In this document: in pieces, positions 10,004 through 19,514 of the stretch
Numbering within the stretch: position 1 is the first letter of the stretch
Layout of the letters: every line of letters starts with the position of its first letter
From: Bdellovibrionota bacterium
GTDB taxonomy: Bacteria > Bdellovibrionota_C > UBA2361 > JBGSMV01
NCBI GenBank assembly: GCA_041739995.1
Contig: JBGSMV010000031.1
Span: 107,640 to 171,639 of the forward strand
DNA: 64,000 nt
Direction: 5' to 3'
Notes under the pieces: generated by a model
The model's input: only the letters and a program-made list of their open reading frames with translations
Databases searched by the model: none
What the model was told of the DNA's origin: nothing
Position numbers and translations under genes: made by a program

Positions 10004-11029
10004 ATGACTCGTTCAAACTCCCTCCGTAATGTTGCTGCTCCGCCCCAATCCTCGCTTGAATTCGCGAGACAGTTCCTTATGCAAATCGCCTCGGGCGTTC
10101 ACTCGGTAGCCGAAGTGCTCGATGGTCGCTTCGACGCAGCCGTGGACTTACTATGCGAAGTACCCGATTCAGGGCGTATCATTACGTGCGGTGCGGGAAA
10201 GACCGGTATTATAGGCGAGAAGCTCTCGGCGACGCTGTCTAGCGTTGGGTTCCCTTCGTTTTCACTTCATCCTGCGGATGCCGCGCATGGAGATCTAGGG
10301 CGCATCACCGCGACGGACCTGGTCCTTTTGCTTTCCAATAATGGCGCAACCGCTGAGTTGGTGCGTCTGCTACCAGCTCTTAAGAGCATTGGCTGCAAAA
10401 CTATAGCGATTAGCGCCAACCAGGATTCATCGCTGGCGCATGCAGCCTCGATCTTTCTTCCTCTTCCCAAACTTCAAGAAGCTGGTCCACTTGGGCTCGC
10501 ACCAACTTCATCAGCTGTTGCTTTGCTTGCTCTTGGCGACGCCCTCATCATGAGCGCCGTTTCGCGTCGTGGCTTCACGGCTGAGCAATTTGCAAGTCGT
10601 CATCCCGGAGGATTACTTGGTAAGACTCTTCTACTCGTAAAAGACGTGATGCGTCGAGGAGACCAGCTTTGCGTCGTCCCAGAATCAATGATTTGTCGTG
10701 AAGTTCTGCATCGCATCACGCTCACGCGCGGAAAACCAGGTTGCGCTGGTGTGGTGAACGACGCCGGTAATCTGTGTGGCGTCTTTACTGATGGCGACTT
10801 GCGACGCTGCCTTGATGATTCCTCTCAGGATGCTGCTTCCGTGTTCCTCGATCGGCCGATCGCATCGGTGATGAGCAAAAATCCTAAATGCCTCGAAGGC
10901 GATACTGCTCTAGTGGGCGAGGCCCTTCGTCTGATGAATCAGTATCAAATCGACCAGGTCTTTGTGATAGACGAAGCCAGGAAACCACTCGGCTTGCTTG
11001 ATATCCAAGACATCGTTCAGGTCAGCTAG
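10004..11029 (+). CDS. kdsD: Arabinose-5-phosphate isomerase (KdsD/KpsF; SIS plus CBS domains)
   Basis: GAGKTG, LHPADAAHGDLG, EAGPLGLAPTSS, HPGGLLG, GVFTDGDLRR; start chosen at ATG 10004. Confidence 0.9.
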   Translation: MTRSNSLRNVAAPPQSSLEFARQFLMQIASGVHSVAEVLDGRFDAAVDLLCEVPDSGRIITCGAGKTGIIGEKLSATLSSVGFPSFSLHPADAAHGDLGRITATDLVLLLSNNGATAELVRLLPALKSIGCKTIAISANQDSSLAHAASIFLPLPKLQEAGPLGLAPTSSAVALLALGDALIMSAVSRRGFTAEQFASRHPGGLLGKTLLLVKDVMRRGDQLCVVPESMICREVLHRITLTRGKPGCAGVVNDAGNLCGVFTDGDLRRCLDDSSQDAASVFLDRPIASVMSKNPKCLEGDTALVGEALRLMNQYQIDQVFVIDEARKPLGLLDIQDIVQVS

Positions 11030-11071
11030 AGACCGCACGCAATTCTTGGTGTGAACGCCTACGGCCCCCTC

Positions 11072-11455
11072 TCAGCCCTGGTTGCTGCGTGCCTTAACTT
11101 GAACTGCGTATGAGGTAAGGTGCTCCACGAATCGGGTGTGTAAATCATACCGCAAAAAGACCTCGGTCGGTCTTGCCTGCCGAGCAAGCTTTTTAAGATC
11201 TTCGTCTTGATTTGGACAGATGCAGAGCACCGCATTATCGGTAATACGAGCAAGGTTTACCAAGGTGCGAAGCGCCCCTCGCTCCTGAATGGCTTCTAGG
11301 GCTACATCTACTATGGCAATTCGATTGGGCTGCTTTAGCTCGTAGACCAGTCGATCGAGCTTAGCAGTGCGAAGCACACGAAAGCCTGCCCGAGAGCACG
11401 CTTGTGCAATTTTATCCTGAAGAAATCCGTCAGCGCTGCAGAGTACGGCGATCAT
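11072..11455 (-). CDS. Atypical stand-alone receiver-like domain protein
   Basis: About 127 aa with a CheY-like pattern (IAVLC..., IAIVDV, AVLCIC); lacks the canonical acidic pair and Lys. Confidence 0.5.
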   Translation of the reverse strand: MIAVLCSADGFLQDKIAQACSRAGFRVLRTAKLDRLVYELKQPNRIAIVDVALEAIQERGALRTLVNLARITDNAVLCICPNQDEDLKKLARQARPTEVFLRYDLHTRFVEHLTSYAVQVKARSNQG

Positions 11456-11819
11456 ATAGTAAGGCGCATAATCTATGCGACTTACTATATCCGCCGAGCA
11501 GACGCGAGGCCAAGTAACAAATAGTGTGTAATAAGAAACAAGCCGGGAAAATGGCTGCTCCAAAAAGCCACCTAAAAAGCCACCTAAAAAGGTTGCCCGG
11601 TGCCATTTTTCAAGAAATCAAAAATATGATTCTTAGTGCCCGCTCAACTTCGAACTCGCTCAACTTACGTTACACACTATAATCACTCGATGTACTCCTC
11701 ACCTAAGGAGTCGAGTTTTCGACAGAATTTCTTTAAGCATTTTTTCTAATAGATTTGCTTAGTCATTTCTCAGAATTTTCCACAATGCTTACGCGAACAT
11801 AGAAAAATGCGTCTAAAAG

Positions 11820-11846
11820 TAAACTTCCGCTACCAAGCGTCGATAG
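11820..11846 (+). promoter_or_regulatory. Sigma-28 (FliA) promoter of flagellin
   Basis: TAAA-cttccgctaccaagc(15)-GTCGATAG, upstream of the flagellin ATG at 12000. Confidence 0.7.
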
Positions 11847-11999
11847 TGTTACTAGCAGATGGTGTCGTGCAGAAAACTTAAAGGCCGTTCGACTCTTCAT
11901 GGACGAGGCGGAAGAATTGGCTGTGTAGGAAGGCGCATTTTCACGTGGGTGGCGAACCCTTGGTGCGTGAACGAGCGTCATTAACACAGAGGTTGACGT

Positions 12000-12794
12000 A
12001 TGGCAGATAACAATTCTAGTTCTATCAAACGATTTCTGGATCAGAGCTCCAGAGATTTTAACAAAGCAAACGAGAGACTCTCGTCGGGGAAGCGAATCAA
12101 TAAAGCTTCTGATGATGCCGCTGGTCTCGCAATCGCGCAGGCATTGCTTGCTGAGGAGAAAACCCTCTCAGTCGCTTCCAGAAATATTAGTGACGGAACC
12201 TCGGTTTCTGCGATTCAAGATGCCGCAGTCGCGACTATCTCTGACATAAGTATCCGGCAGGCTGAGCTTGCCGCTCAGTCTGCAAATGGCACTCTTAGTG
12301 ATGAGCAGCGAGTGGCGCTCGATACGGAGTATCAGGCTCTGGGACAAGAAGCACAGCGAATCGCCGCTACCTCAGAATTTAACGGGGTAAATGTCTTGCA
12401 GTCAGGCGTAACGCTCCAGGTCGGCACGGACTCAAGCGCCAATTCTCAGATCTCACTCCAAGGCTCAGACGTTGCCGCTCTCACCGGGGCAATTGGCAAT
12501 ATTCTCACTGCTGGTGCAGCCGTTACGGCCCTCGATTCAGCAACTTCTAGAGTCGATGCGGCAGCGACAACGCGTGGAGAATTTGGCGCAGCGACCGCAC
12601 GACTCGATTACGCAGATGCCAACATCGCTTCTCGTCGTGAGAATGTTGCCGCAGCCCGCTCTAGGATTGAAGACGCCGACGTGGCAACTGAGGTAGCAAA
12701 CCAAACCTCTGCGCGCATAAGGCAACAAGCAGCAACAGCCGTTTCAGCTCAGGCAAATATCTCACAGCAAGCGGTGGCGAACCTGCTGCGATAA
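12000..12794 (+). CDS. fliC: Short flagellin (D0/D1 only)
   Basis: ERLSSGKRINKASDDAAGLAIA, ELAAQSANGT, EFNG; C-terminal RGEFGA, ARSRIEDADVA, AQAN...LLR. Confidence 0.92.
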   Translation: MADNNSSSIKRFLDQSSRDFNKANERLSSGKRINKASDDAAGLAIAQALLAEEKTLSVASRNISDGTSVSAIQDAAVATISDISIRQAELAAQSANGTLSDEQRVALDTEYQALGQEAQRIAATSEFNGVNVLQSGVTLQVGTDSSANSQISLQGSDVAALTGAIGNILTAGAAVTALDSATSRVDAAATTRGEFGAATARLDYADANIASRRENVAAARSRIEDADVATEVANQTSARIRQQAATAVSAQANISQQAVANLLR

Positions 12795-12821
12795 TTCCTG
12801 ATTGCGGGAGAAAACACTAAG

Positions 12822-13625
12822 ATGCCGATTCGAATTGGAGATACTCAACTGAGCAGACTTGGACAGCAAACAGCTGTCGGGGGATCTGCGCGCGTGAGAG
12901 GAAACAATTCCGTTGAAGCTACGCTACGCAGCACCGACAGCGATGCCGCTCGAATAACGCTAAGCCAACAAGGTCCCCCTCCGGAGCAATCTCCGTTTCC
13001 AGGAATCTCCTCTCTACTGGATAGTCGTAAACAAGCTATATCAGCGGTAAGCGATTTACGCTCCCAGCAACTCGAACTGAGTGAACGTGCTGAGGGGGTA
13101 GCGGTTGGACGAGAGCTCACTTCAATCTCCGAACAGGTGAGCGCCATTGAAACTGAAATTTCACGGGTGACTTCGAGCGCAACCTTTAACGGCACTAACG
13201 TGCTTCAGGGTAATGTGTTCGGCACTCTGGACACTGGAAATCAGGGGGAAGGCTTTGTCATCTCAGTGGCAGACGCAAATGCCTTGGCCAACACCGAGAT
13301 AGACTCTATCTCCACTCCCAATGATGCAGTCGCCGTCTCAAACCAACTTAAACAGATACTCACTGACGTAGGTAGATTTGAACAAGATACTGAACAAGCC
13401 CAAGAAGTAGCATCGAACCCTGCTTCTACCCGCCCGGAGTTGGTCTCAGAGCCCAGAGACCAACTCTCGGTGGAAGAAGCAGACGCCCTGGCCCAATCAA
13501 TCACCCAACAGCTCTCTCAGACTCTTCAGAACCAGTTCGGAGCGGGCACCACTTCTCTATCCCTGATTGACGCCCTCTCCGCCGGACTTAACCCAGAGCG
13601 AGTCAATGAGCTTATCCAGGATTAG
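12822..13625 (+). CDS. Flagellin-like protein (partial D1 homology)
   Basis: LELSERA...ISEQVSAIETEISRVTSSATFNGTNVLQG matches the flagellin N-terminal D1 helix; no LSSG/RIN or RIxDAD motifs. Confidence 0.6.
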   Translation: MPIRIGDTQLSRLGQQTAVGGSARVRGNNSVEATLRSTDSDAARITLSQQGPPPEQSPFPGISSLLDSRKQAISAVSDLRSQQLELSERAEGVAVGRELTSISEQVSAIETEISRVTSSATFNGTNVLQGNVFGTLDTGNQGEGFVISVADANALANTEIDSISTPNDAVAVSNQLKQILTDVGRFEQDTEQAQEVASNPASTRPELVSEPRDQLSVEEADALAQSITQQLSQTLQNQFGAGTTSLSLIDALSAGLNPERVNELIQD

Positions 13626-13753
13626 CGTCGCGTCTTCCTTAGCCTCCCCAAAGGCCCTCTAGTTACAACCAAACCAGACTCTCCTTCTTGAGCCTTCTCC
13701 CTCTGAGGCTACGAGTATCCGATCTCCTCCATATAGGCTGGTATCCGCGACAC

Positions 13754-13780
13754 GAAACTTTCTCCCCCAATCTCCGATGA
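13754..13780 (+). promoter_or_regulatory. Sigma-28-type promoter candidate for the minor pilin operon
   Basis: GAAA-ctttctcccccaatc(15)-TCCGATGA; spacer closely resembles that at 5287. Confidence 0.5.
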
Positions 13781-13876
13781 TCATTGGCGTGTGTCTGTCC
13801 CCCCTGGGCTCACAAACAATTGCCAGGAAGGCCAGATTCAACCCGCAGATCAGAGTTAACTCAGGAGTGCTTTCAG

Positions 13877-14317
13877 ATGAAGACACAAACAAGATCCATT
13901 CATGGAAGCACCATTTTGGAACTTATCGTCGCCATTACCGTGGCTGGACTTGTCTTGTCCTCCGCAGCCTTTACCGGCTCCATGTCCGGAACCATGCCTC
14001 CAAGGCGCGCCTGCAATGCCACAGCCAACTTCTTGGAAATCTCCCGTGCACATGCACTCGCCCACCAGATTTCGGTCGAGGTGGTCAGCGCGGCTGAAGG
14101 TCTGGACGCCAAGCTTCCCACATCGAAACCCTCTCTCTCTCTCAGACTCACTCCGCTAAGAGCTTCTATTCAGTCTGGTGACGGCCACAGCCTAAGTTTT
14201 CACCCCAATCTAAGCGCAAGCCCTGCCACATTAACGCTTGGGACAGCAAACTCGCACCTGACTCAGTGCGTCATTAAGATCTCTATTCGGGGTCGCATTC
14301 GAGTGAGCGACGCATGA
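13877..14317 (+). CDS. Type IV minor pilin/pseudopilin (FimT/GspH-like)
   Basis: Prepilin site HG|STILELIVAI; RAHAL; C-terminal ISIRGRIR; RBS AGGAG. Confidence 0.75.
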   Translation: MKTQTRSIHGSTILELIVAITVAGLVLSSAAFTGSMSGTMPPRRACNATANFLEISRAHALAHQISVEVVSAAEGLDAKLPTSKPSLSLRLTPLRASIQSGDGHSLSFHPNLSASPATLTLGTANSHLTQCVIKISIRGRIRVSDA

Positions 14318-14625
14318 TTCCTCCACGTTTCAACCCCTATGGATTCTCTTTACTCGAGCTGACCATCACCCTCGGCATTCTGAGCATACTGTCTGTGGTG
14401 CTCGCACAAGAGATCGGAAACTTTAAACACCAACGACTCACCAGAGATCTCTTGATCGGCGCATCTGCGGATAAGCACCCTTCAGACCCCTCTCCAGAAA
14501 ACCTTAACTGCTCAATTACACCGATTGAAGCGCTGCATGAACTTTTGCTGAGTTGCACTGACCGAGCTCCAGCATCACCGCATAAATCGCTTCGAGTTTG
14601 GCTCATCCCCATGAGGCGCCCATGA
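14314..14625 (+). CDS. Type IV minor pilin (PilV/GspI-like)
   Basis: YG|FSLLELTITLGIL; ATGA overlap with the previous gene. Confidence 0.75.
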   Translation: MIPPRFNPYGFSLLELTITLGILSILSVVLAQEIGNFKHQRLTRDLLIGASADKHPSDPSPENLNCSITPIEALHELLLSCTDRAPASPHKSLRVWLIPMRRP

Positions 14626-15515
14626 CGCATAAAGTACGACCGAATCACATGAACGGACTTTCCTTGCTTGAAATGTTGGTCTCTCTTGCTCTGCTCTCGC
14701 TGCTTGTCTCTCTCGTACTTTCGTTTGGAAAAAGCGTTCATCTTATTCATGTACAAAGAATCAAAGCTCAAAATCAGCAATTAGATCTTCTAATGCTAAA
14801 CGCAATCACCCAGCGATTGGTGCGCCACTCAGATTCCCATCGCCTCGCACTGCTACCTGTGATTCATTCAAACGGAAATATCCGCTACTCAGATGGCACC
14901 AAAGTCCAGCAACTTTTTGACTCTCCTCATTTTGCGCCCCGCGCAAGCACCGACGCAATTAGCAGTCTGGCACTGCGGACCGATGCGCTGCTGAAAGTTA
15001 AAACCTGCTCCAGTAACGGGACTACGCTGACCGCGAATGTTTGTGCTCTATCCACACGATCACCACGACTAGAGGGCACCAGAAATGTGCTGCTTGTCTC
15101 GCCGGAGTCTCTGCGAGTTCACTCCGGCAACATTCGCGGGTCTGGGTCATGTCGGCGCGTGATCGTACAACGAGGAGCCAGTCTTTTTGATGATGCCTAT
15201 GAGCATCCCCTTTCATGCTCCACCTGGCTCGTTGTTCCCGTCACCGATGTTGAAACCTACTTCTTTGATACGCAGTGGAACCTACGCCTGGCACGGTTTC
15301 AAGGTCCTCGCGTCATTGAAAATCAACCGATCCGCAGCATGTCCTTAGATAAGGATTCGAAAATTTCCTTTGAGCTCAATCACTCCGAACTCGAGTTTAT
15401 CCTTAGTTATCAAGTGCAAGGTTCCGAGGCCGAAGTCTCCAGGCTCACTCTAAAAAACAGCTTCCGCGGTGCACTGGCACGTCGACTATCCTCACACCTT
15501 ACCTTCAACTTTTAA
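14622..15515 (+). CDS. Type IV minor pilin (PilW/GspJ-like)
   Basis: NG|LSLLEMLVSLALL; larger globular domain with Cys residues; ATGA overlap. Confidence 0.72.
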   Translation: MTHKVRPNHMNGLSLLEMLVSLALLSLLVSLVLSFGKSVHLIHVQRIKAQNQQLDLLMLNAITQRLVRHSDSHRLALLPVIHSNGNIRYSDGTKVQQLFDSPHFAPRASTDAISSLALRTDALLKVKTCSSNGTTLTANVCALSTRSPRLEGTRNVLLVSPESLRVHSGNIRGSGSCRRVIVQRGASLFDDAYEHPLSCSTWLVVPVTDVETYFFDTQWNLRLARFQGPRVIENQPIRSMSLDKDSKISFELNHSELEFILSYQVQGSEAEVSRLTLKNSFRGALARRLSSHLTFNF

Positions 15516-15528
15516 TTGATTGACATCT

Positions 15529-16362
15529 ATGAAAACTCGAAGACCAATGCCGCATTCAAGAGATTGTCGTTCCGAAGGAGGAACAATAGCGATCGTGCTG
15601 CCGTTGCTGGCACTGCTCGCCGGCTTAATTGGAATAGGCGTGGTTAACTCTCAAGTTTTTGGTATCAGAGTTGCTGCTGACTCTGTGCATGCAAGTCTGG
15701 CGGCTCCCCACGCTTCCCTTGCAGCTCTGGTGTCTGTGGCATCTATGCCGCAGTCGCCTGGCATTCACCTACAGCGCTCTGCTTTTCGTCGTGGACGTGC
15801 CACTAGCCACATTTCTGCGGTGGTTGCTCGATCGGACTTTCGGCCGATGTTCCATCTCCAGGCGTTAACCCCAAGGATATGCAACTGCCGAGAATGTTTC
15901 GATGGAACTGAAACCATAAGCATGCTGGCAAGTCACTTCGAGTCCCTACTGAGCAGCAACACTTGCGCCATACCAAATCCGCTCATCATATCCCAAGCGA
16001 CTCTCTATAATGGGAATCTTGAAGTTACCTCGCTGCGCAGTAGCTCTCTCGATTCCTTGCGCCCGAACTCTCTTATCGCCGGCGGACGGCTACAGGTTGA
16101 AGAGCTCTTCATATCTGGAACAGGTTTTTTGATAGCCGGAGGGGACATAGAGATAGCGAGAATCACCGGAGGCATAGACGCAGAAGCTATTCTCATTTCA
16201 CGTACCGGGACGATAAAACTCTCGGATATAAGTCCTCAAGTTCAAGTCCGAGCCATTGCTCATGGCACCACGACCCCTTCGCAGATAGCAGTCCAGTATC
16301 TCGACGAACCCGCACTTCCGACCTCGCTAGCATTGCTACTTGGATTCCAATCCAACGGCTAA
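15529..16362 (+). CDS. PilX/GspK-like minor pilin
   Basis: SEG|GTIAIVLPLLALL hydrophobic helix lacking Glu5; fourth gene of the quartet. Confidence 0.55.
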   Translation: MKTRRPMPHSRDCRSEGGTIAIVLPLLALLAGLIGIGVVNSQVFGIRVAADSVHASLAAPHASLAALVSVASMPQSPGIHLQRSAFRRGRATSHISAVVARSDFRPMFHLQALTPRICNCRECFDGTETISMLASHFESLLSSNTCAIPNPLIISQATLYNGNLEVTSLRSSSLDSLRPNSLIAGGRLQVEELFISGTGFLIAGGDIEIARITGGIDAEAILISRTGTIKLSDISPQVQVRAIAHGTTTPSQIAVQYLDEPALPTSLALLLGFQSNG

Positions 16363-16475
16363 CTCCCTTAAAATTCTGTAGGTTTTGATTTATGCTACAG
16401 AGTCACCCCAACCCAGCATACCAGCCTGTAGGGCCTGCAAGCCTGGAGGCGTGTATTATTTACAAGGAGTTCAAA

Positions 16476-16991
16476 ATGAAGCGTTGGTCAATTCTTTCTC
16501 TTTCCTTTGCCGTAGCACTTTCCGTTAATTTCGCAGGTTCATTCTTCACCATCTCAACAGCCGATGCGCAGTCAACGCGTAGGGAATGCGTGGCAACCGC
16601 GAACTCAGAGCGAGATGTGTGCACTTCTACCTGTCGCTCCACTAGAGAAGACACAATCCTTACCTGCAATGCACCCGAAGGTGATTGCGGAGACCAGTGT
16701 AAAGCTGCTTTTCTCTCATGTATGGAGCCGGTGTCTGATGCGCGCCAAGCTTGTGTCGGAACCTGTGATGCGTCATACGACGCGTCTCGAGTCTCTTGCG
16801 CAGCCGCATGCGGATGCACACAGGGAACCAACTGCGGAGGATCCTCCTGCTTTGGAAACTGTATGGATGTTCCTACCGTCGCAAGAGCTACCTGCAAAGT
16901 GAGCTGTATGCGCCGGACTGACATCAAAGCTGCTAGAGCCGCGTGTGCACGCTCGCTTAGAACCTGCGCGCGCGTTTGCGTTCGAATGTAG
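16476..16991 (+). CDS. Secreted cysteine-rich protein, unknown function
   Basis: RBS AAGGAG; signal peptide ending ADA|Q; 20 Cys including seven CX3C motifs. Confidence 0.8.
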   Translation: MKRWSILSLSFAVALSVNFAGSFFTISTADAQSTRRECVATANSERDVCTSTCRSTREDTILTCNAPEGDCGDQCKAAFLSCMEPVSDARQACVGTCDASYDASRVSCAAACGCTQGTNCGGSSCFGNCMDVPTVARATCKVSCMRRTDIKAARAACARSLRTCARVCVRM

Positions 16992-17182
16992 TTACTAGCT
17001 ACTTACGAGCCCCTGGAGATCTTTGGCTGCGCTGTCCCGCACCTCGATCTCGGGGGCATTCCTTATCGAACCGCCCGGAAAGGTAAAAGCATTCCCTGTT
17101 CCAATTTCTAGAGAACCGACCTCGAAATTGGGAATTTTGCCACCCCTTCGCCTATTCCCGAGATCCTGCCTATCAAAGAGGG

Positions 17183-18202
17183 ATGAATACCCGTGCTTCG
17201 ATTGAAATCTGTAACCGAGAACGTCAAAGAGCAGTGGATAGAGACCTTTCGCCACTCGAACCACTAATAGCTCACGAACGCCGCCGTGCAGCACTTCCTG
17301 ATGAGGCACAGAAGATCGAACCGCATGAAATCTTACTCATTCCTAAACTCAGCCGCTTTACTCTTGACCAACAAGAGTTGGGACTCGGTCCAAGCGCCAT
17401 AGAGAAGTGGTACCGCTCTCAAGGACTAGATGCACAGCGCATTATTATTGGACATGAGCGACAACAACTCGCACTTCAAGTAGCTCGCGAGCAGTTGCCA
17501 GCAGACTCTGTAGTATTCCGTGATGAAATAAGCGCCACGCAGCTTGAAAATCGAAAGCTGGTCATCGCACTGGGTGGCGACAATCACTTCTGCTACGTCG
17601 CGGGCCTTCTAAAACACACCTTCATTGCTGGAGTAAATTCCGACCCAACGCAAAGTGAGGGCGCGATGACCTATTTTGATGCAAGCGAACTCAATAAGCT
17701 GATCCAAGCGGTCAGAACAGGTAATTTTCTCATAGAGGATTGGACTCGACTTGGAGTGTCAGTCGGAGGCAGAGACGTTGGTCTTGCGCTGAATGACGTT
17801 TTTCTTGGCGAAGCAGAACGTCACTTCATGTCTCGGCATCTAATAAAACTGGGTAGCCTGGAGGAAGAGCAGAAAGGGTCGGGACTGCTCGTGGTCACGG
17901 GTTCGGACTCCTATGGATGGTATCGCTCTGCGTCTCGATATTTACATAAGGATGGAGATCCCTTTTCGAAGACGTCTGTAGAAGCTCGCTTCCTACTCAC
18001 TGAGCCATATTGTGGAACATTGAACTGTGCCAGTCATACGGAAGGACGAATGCTAGCCGGGGATATTCTTGAAGTCACCTCGCTGAATGATTCTCGAGGC
18101 GTGGTCATGCTTGATTCAATGACCGCGGTTCCCTTCCCAAGAGGAGCGGTCGCCCAAGTGCGCACGGCCCCACATCCACTGAGAGTCGCTACTCTTTCCT
18201 GA
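17183..18202 (+). CDS. NAD(+)/NADH kinase family protein (NADK2-like)
   Basis: IALGGDN, GVNSDP..SEG, ALNDVF, SGLLVVTG. Confidence 0.75.
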   Translation: MNTRASIEICNRERQRAVDRDLSPLEPLIAHERRRAALPDEAQKIEPHEILLIPKLSRFTLDQQELGLGPSAIEKWYRSQGLDAQRIIIGHERQQLALQVAREQLPADSVVFRDEISATQLENRKLVIALGGDNHFCYVAGLLKHTFIAGVNSDPTQSEGAMTYFDASELNKLIQAVRTGNFLIEDWTRLGVSVGGRDVGLALNDVFLGEAERHFMSRHLIKLGSLEEEQKGSGLLVVTGSDSYGWYRSASRYLHKDGDPFSKTSVEARFLLTEPYCGTLNCASHTEGRMLAGDILEVTSLNDSRGVVMLDSMTAVPFPRGAVAQVRTAPHPLRVATLS

Positions 18203-18280
18203 GAATGCTCACCGATATAGATTCAGGATGCGCTCATTGCTAAAGGGGACAAGGAGCTCCGCTCTCCCTTCCAAAGTCAG

Positions 18281-19330
18281 CTATCTGCGCCCTCCCACCT
18301 GGGCCTGGGCCACTTCAGTTCCGCGCTGACTACTCCACTCTATATGCGGCAGGCTAAGCTCGCGATCTGTGTAAGACTTGAGAGCTTCGCGACATCTGAG
18401 TAAACAAGTAAATCCACCTGCGCCTTGGTCTTGAAATGGCCACAAGCGGTAACACGGAACTTCAGAGAGGTGACTTTGATAGCCAGTAAGCTGTGGAACC
18501 ACTTCTGCTTCCCAGTTTTCGTGTCGCTTCAAAAACCACTCAAGCATGCCCTCATTCTCTTCTCGGCAGTACGTACAGGTGGCATAGACCATAGCTCCTC
18601 CGGTTCGGACAAGCTGAGCGGCGGCGGCCAGAATCCTTCGCTGCCGACGAACGCACATGTTCACGGTGGTGTGATGAAACGCACCTGGAGTTGGTTTCCC
18701 CTTAACACTCAACGACTGGCCCGAGCAGGGTGCATCGACTAACACTACATCAAAAAACTCGGGCAATTCTTCCACAATACGCACCGGGTCACGACGAACA
18801 ATAATGCAGGGGTCGATTTGGCAGCGCTTCACATTGGAAATTAAGGCCCTGATCCGTCCCTGAATCGGCTCGTTGGCTACTAATAGTCGCGGCTGCAAGG
18901 CTCGCCACAAAAAAACGGATTTTCCTCCGGGCGAGGCACAAAGGTCGAGCGCCACAGGCGCAGATCCACTAATAGATGACAGCGGACTAGCGCAAAACAC
19001 CGAAGACTGATCCAACAAGTACCAGTCCCCGCGCTCATGCTCCTCCGTTTTTCCGGGAACAATCGAACTCGTAGGCGTTTGAATCCAAGCAGGCATCCAC
19101 TGCTGCCTCACCCCATCAAACAACTGCAGATGTGGGCTTCGCCGCTGCTCTCGAACCTCAATGACCACCGACTTCCCACCGTCTTGTGCCCGCAGAGCCG
19201 CAATGAACTGCTCGCGCTGTTCCATATTCGAAACGAAAAGTTTCTCGGCAAGCCGAAGCGCAGCCGAAGGTAACTGTGCCGCCGAAGGCAGTGATGACTT
19301 TGACACTTGGTCAGGTTTTTTCCTGCCCAT
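18281..19330 (-). CDS. RsmB/RsmF (NOL1/NOP2) RNA m5C methyltransferase
   Basis: LDLCASPGGKS, LVANE, VLVDAPCSG, VYATCT..EENE. Confidence 0.88.
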   Translation of the reverse strand: MGRKKPDQVSKSSLPSAAQLPSAALRLAEKLFVSNMEQREQFIAALRAQDGGKSVVIEVREQRRSPHLQLFDGVRQQWMPAWIQTPTSSIVPGKTEEHERGDWYLLDQSSVFCASPLSSISGSAPVALDLCASPGGKSVFLWRALQPRLLVANEPIQGRIRALISNVKRCQIDPCIIVRRDPVRIVEELPEFFDVVLVDAPCSGQSLSVKGKPTPGAFHHTTVNMCVRRQRRILAAAAQLVRTGGAMVYATCTYCREENEGMLEWFLKRHENWEAEVVPQLTGYQSHLSEVPCYRLWPFQDQGAGGFTCLLRCREALKSYTDRELSLPHIEWSSQRGTEVAQAQVGGRR

Positions 19331-19514
19331 CTGATTCCTATAGCCTAAAGCGTGCTCATTGCTAGCTGTAGCAGTCACCTGGTGAGCGCCTAGTGAAGTG
19401 AGCGGTTCGATGAACAATTCTCGCCGCGCTCGCTGCTCTCTTTGTTAATATATTTAATGAATTACACTATGAGAACAGCGAGAAAGTACTAAAAGGAACT
19501 GCTCACTCAGCACA

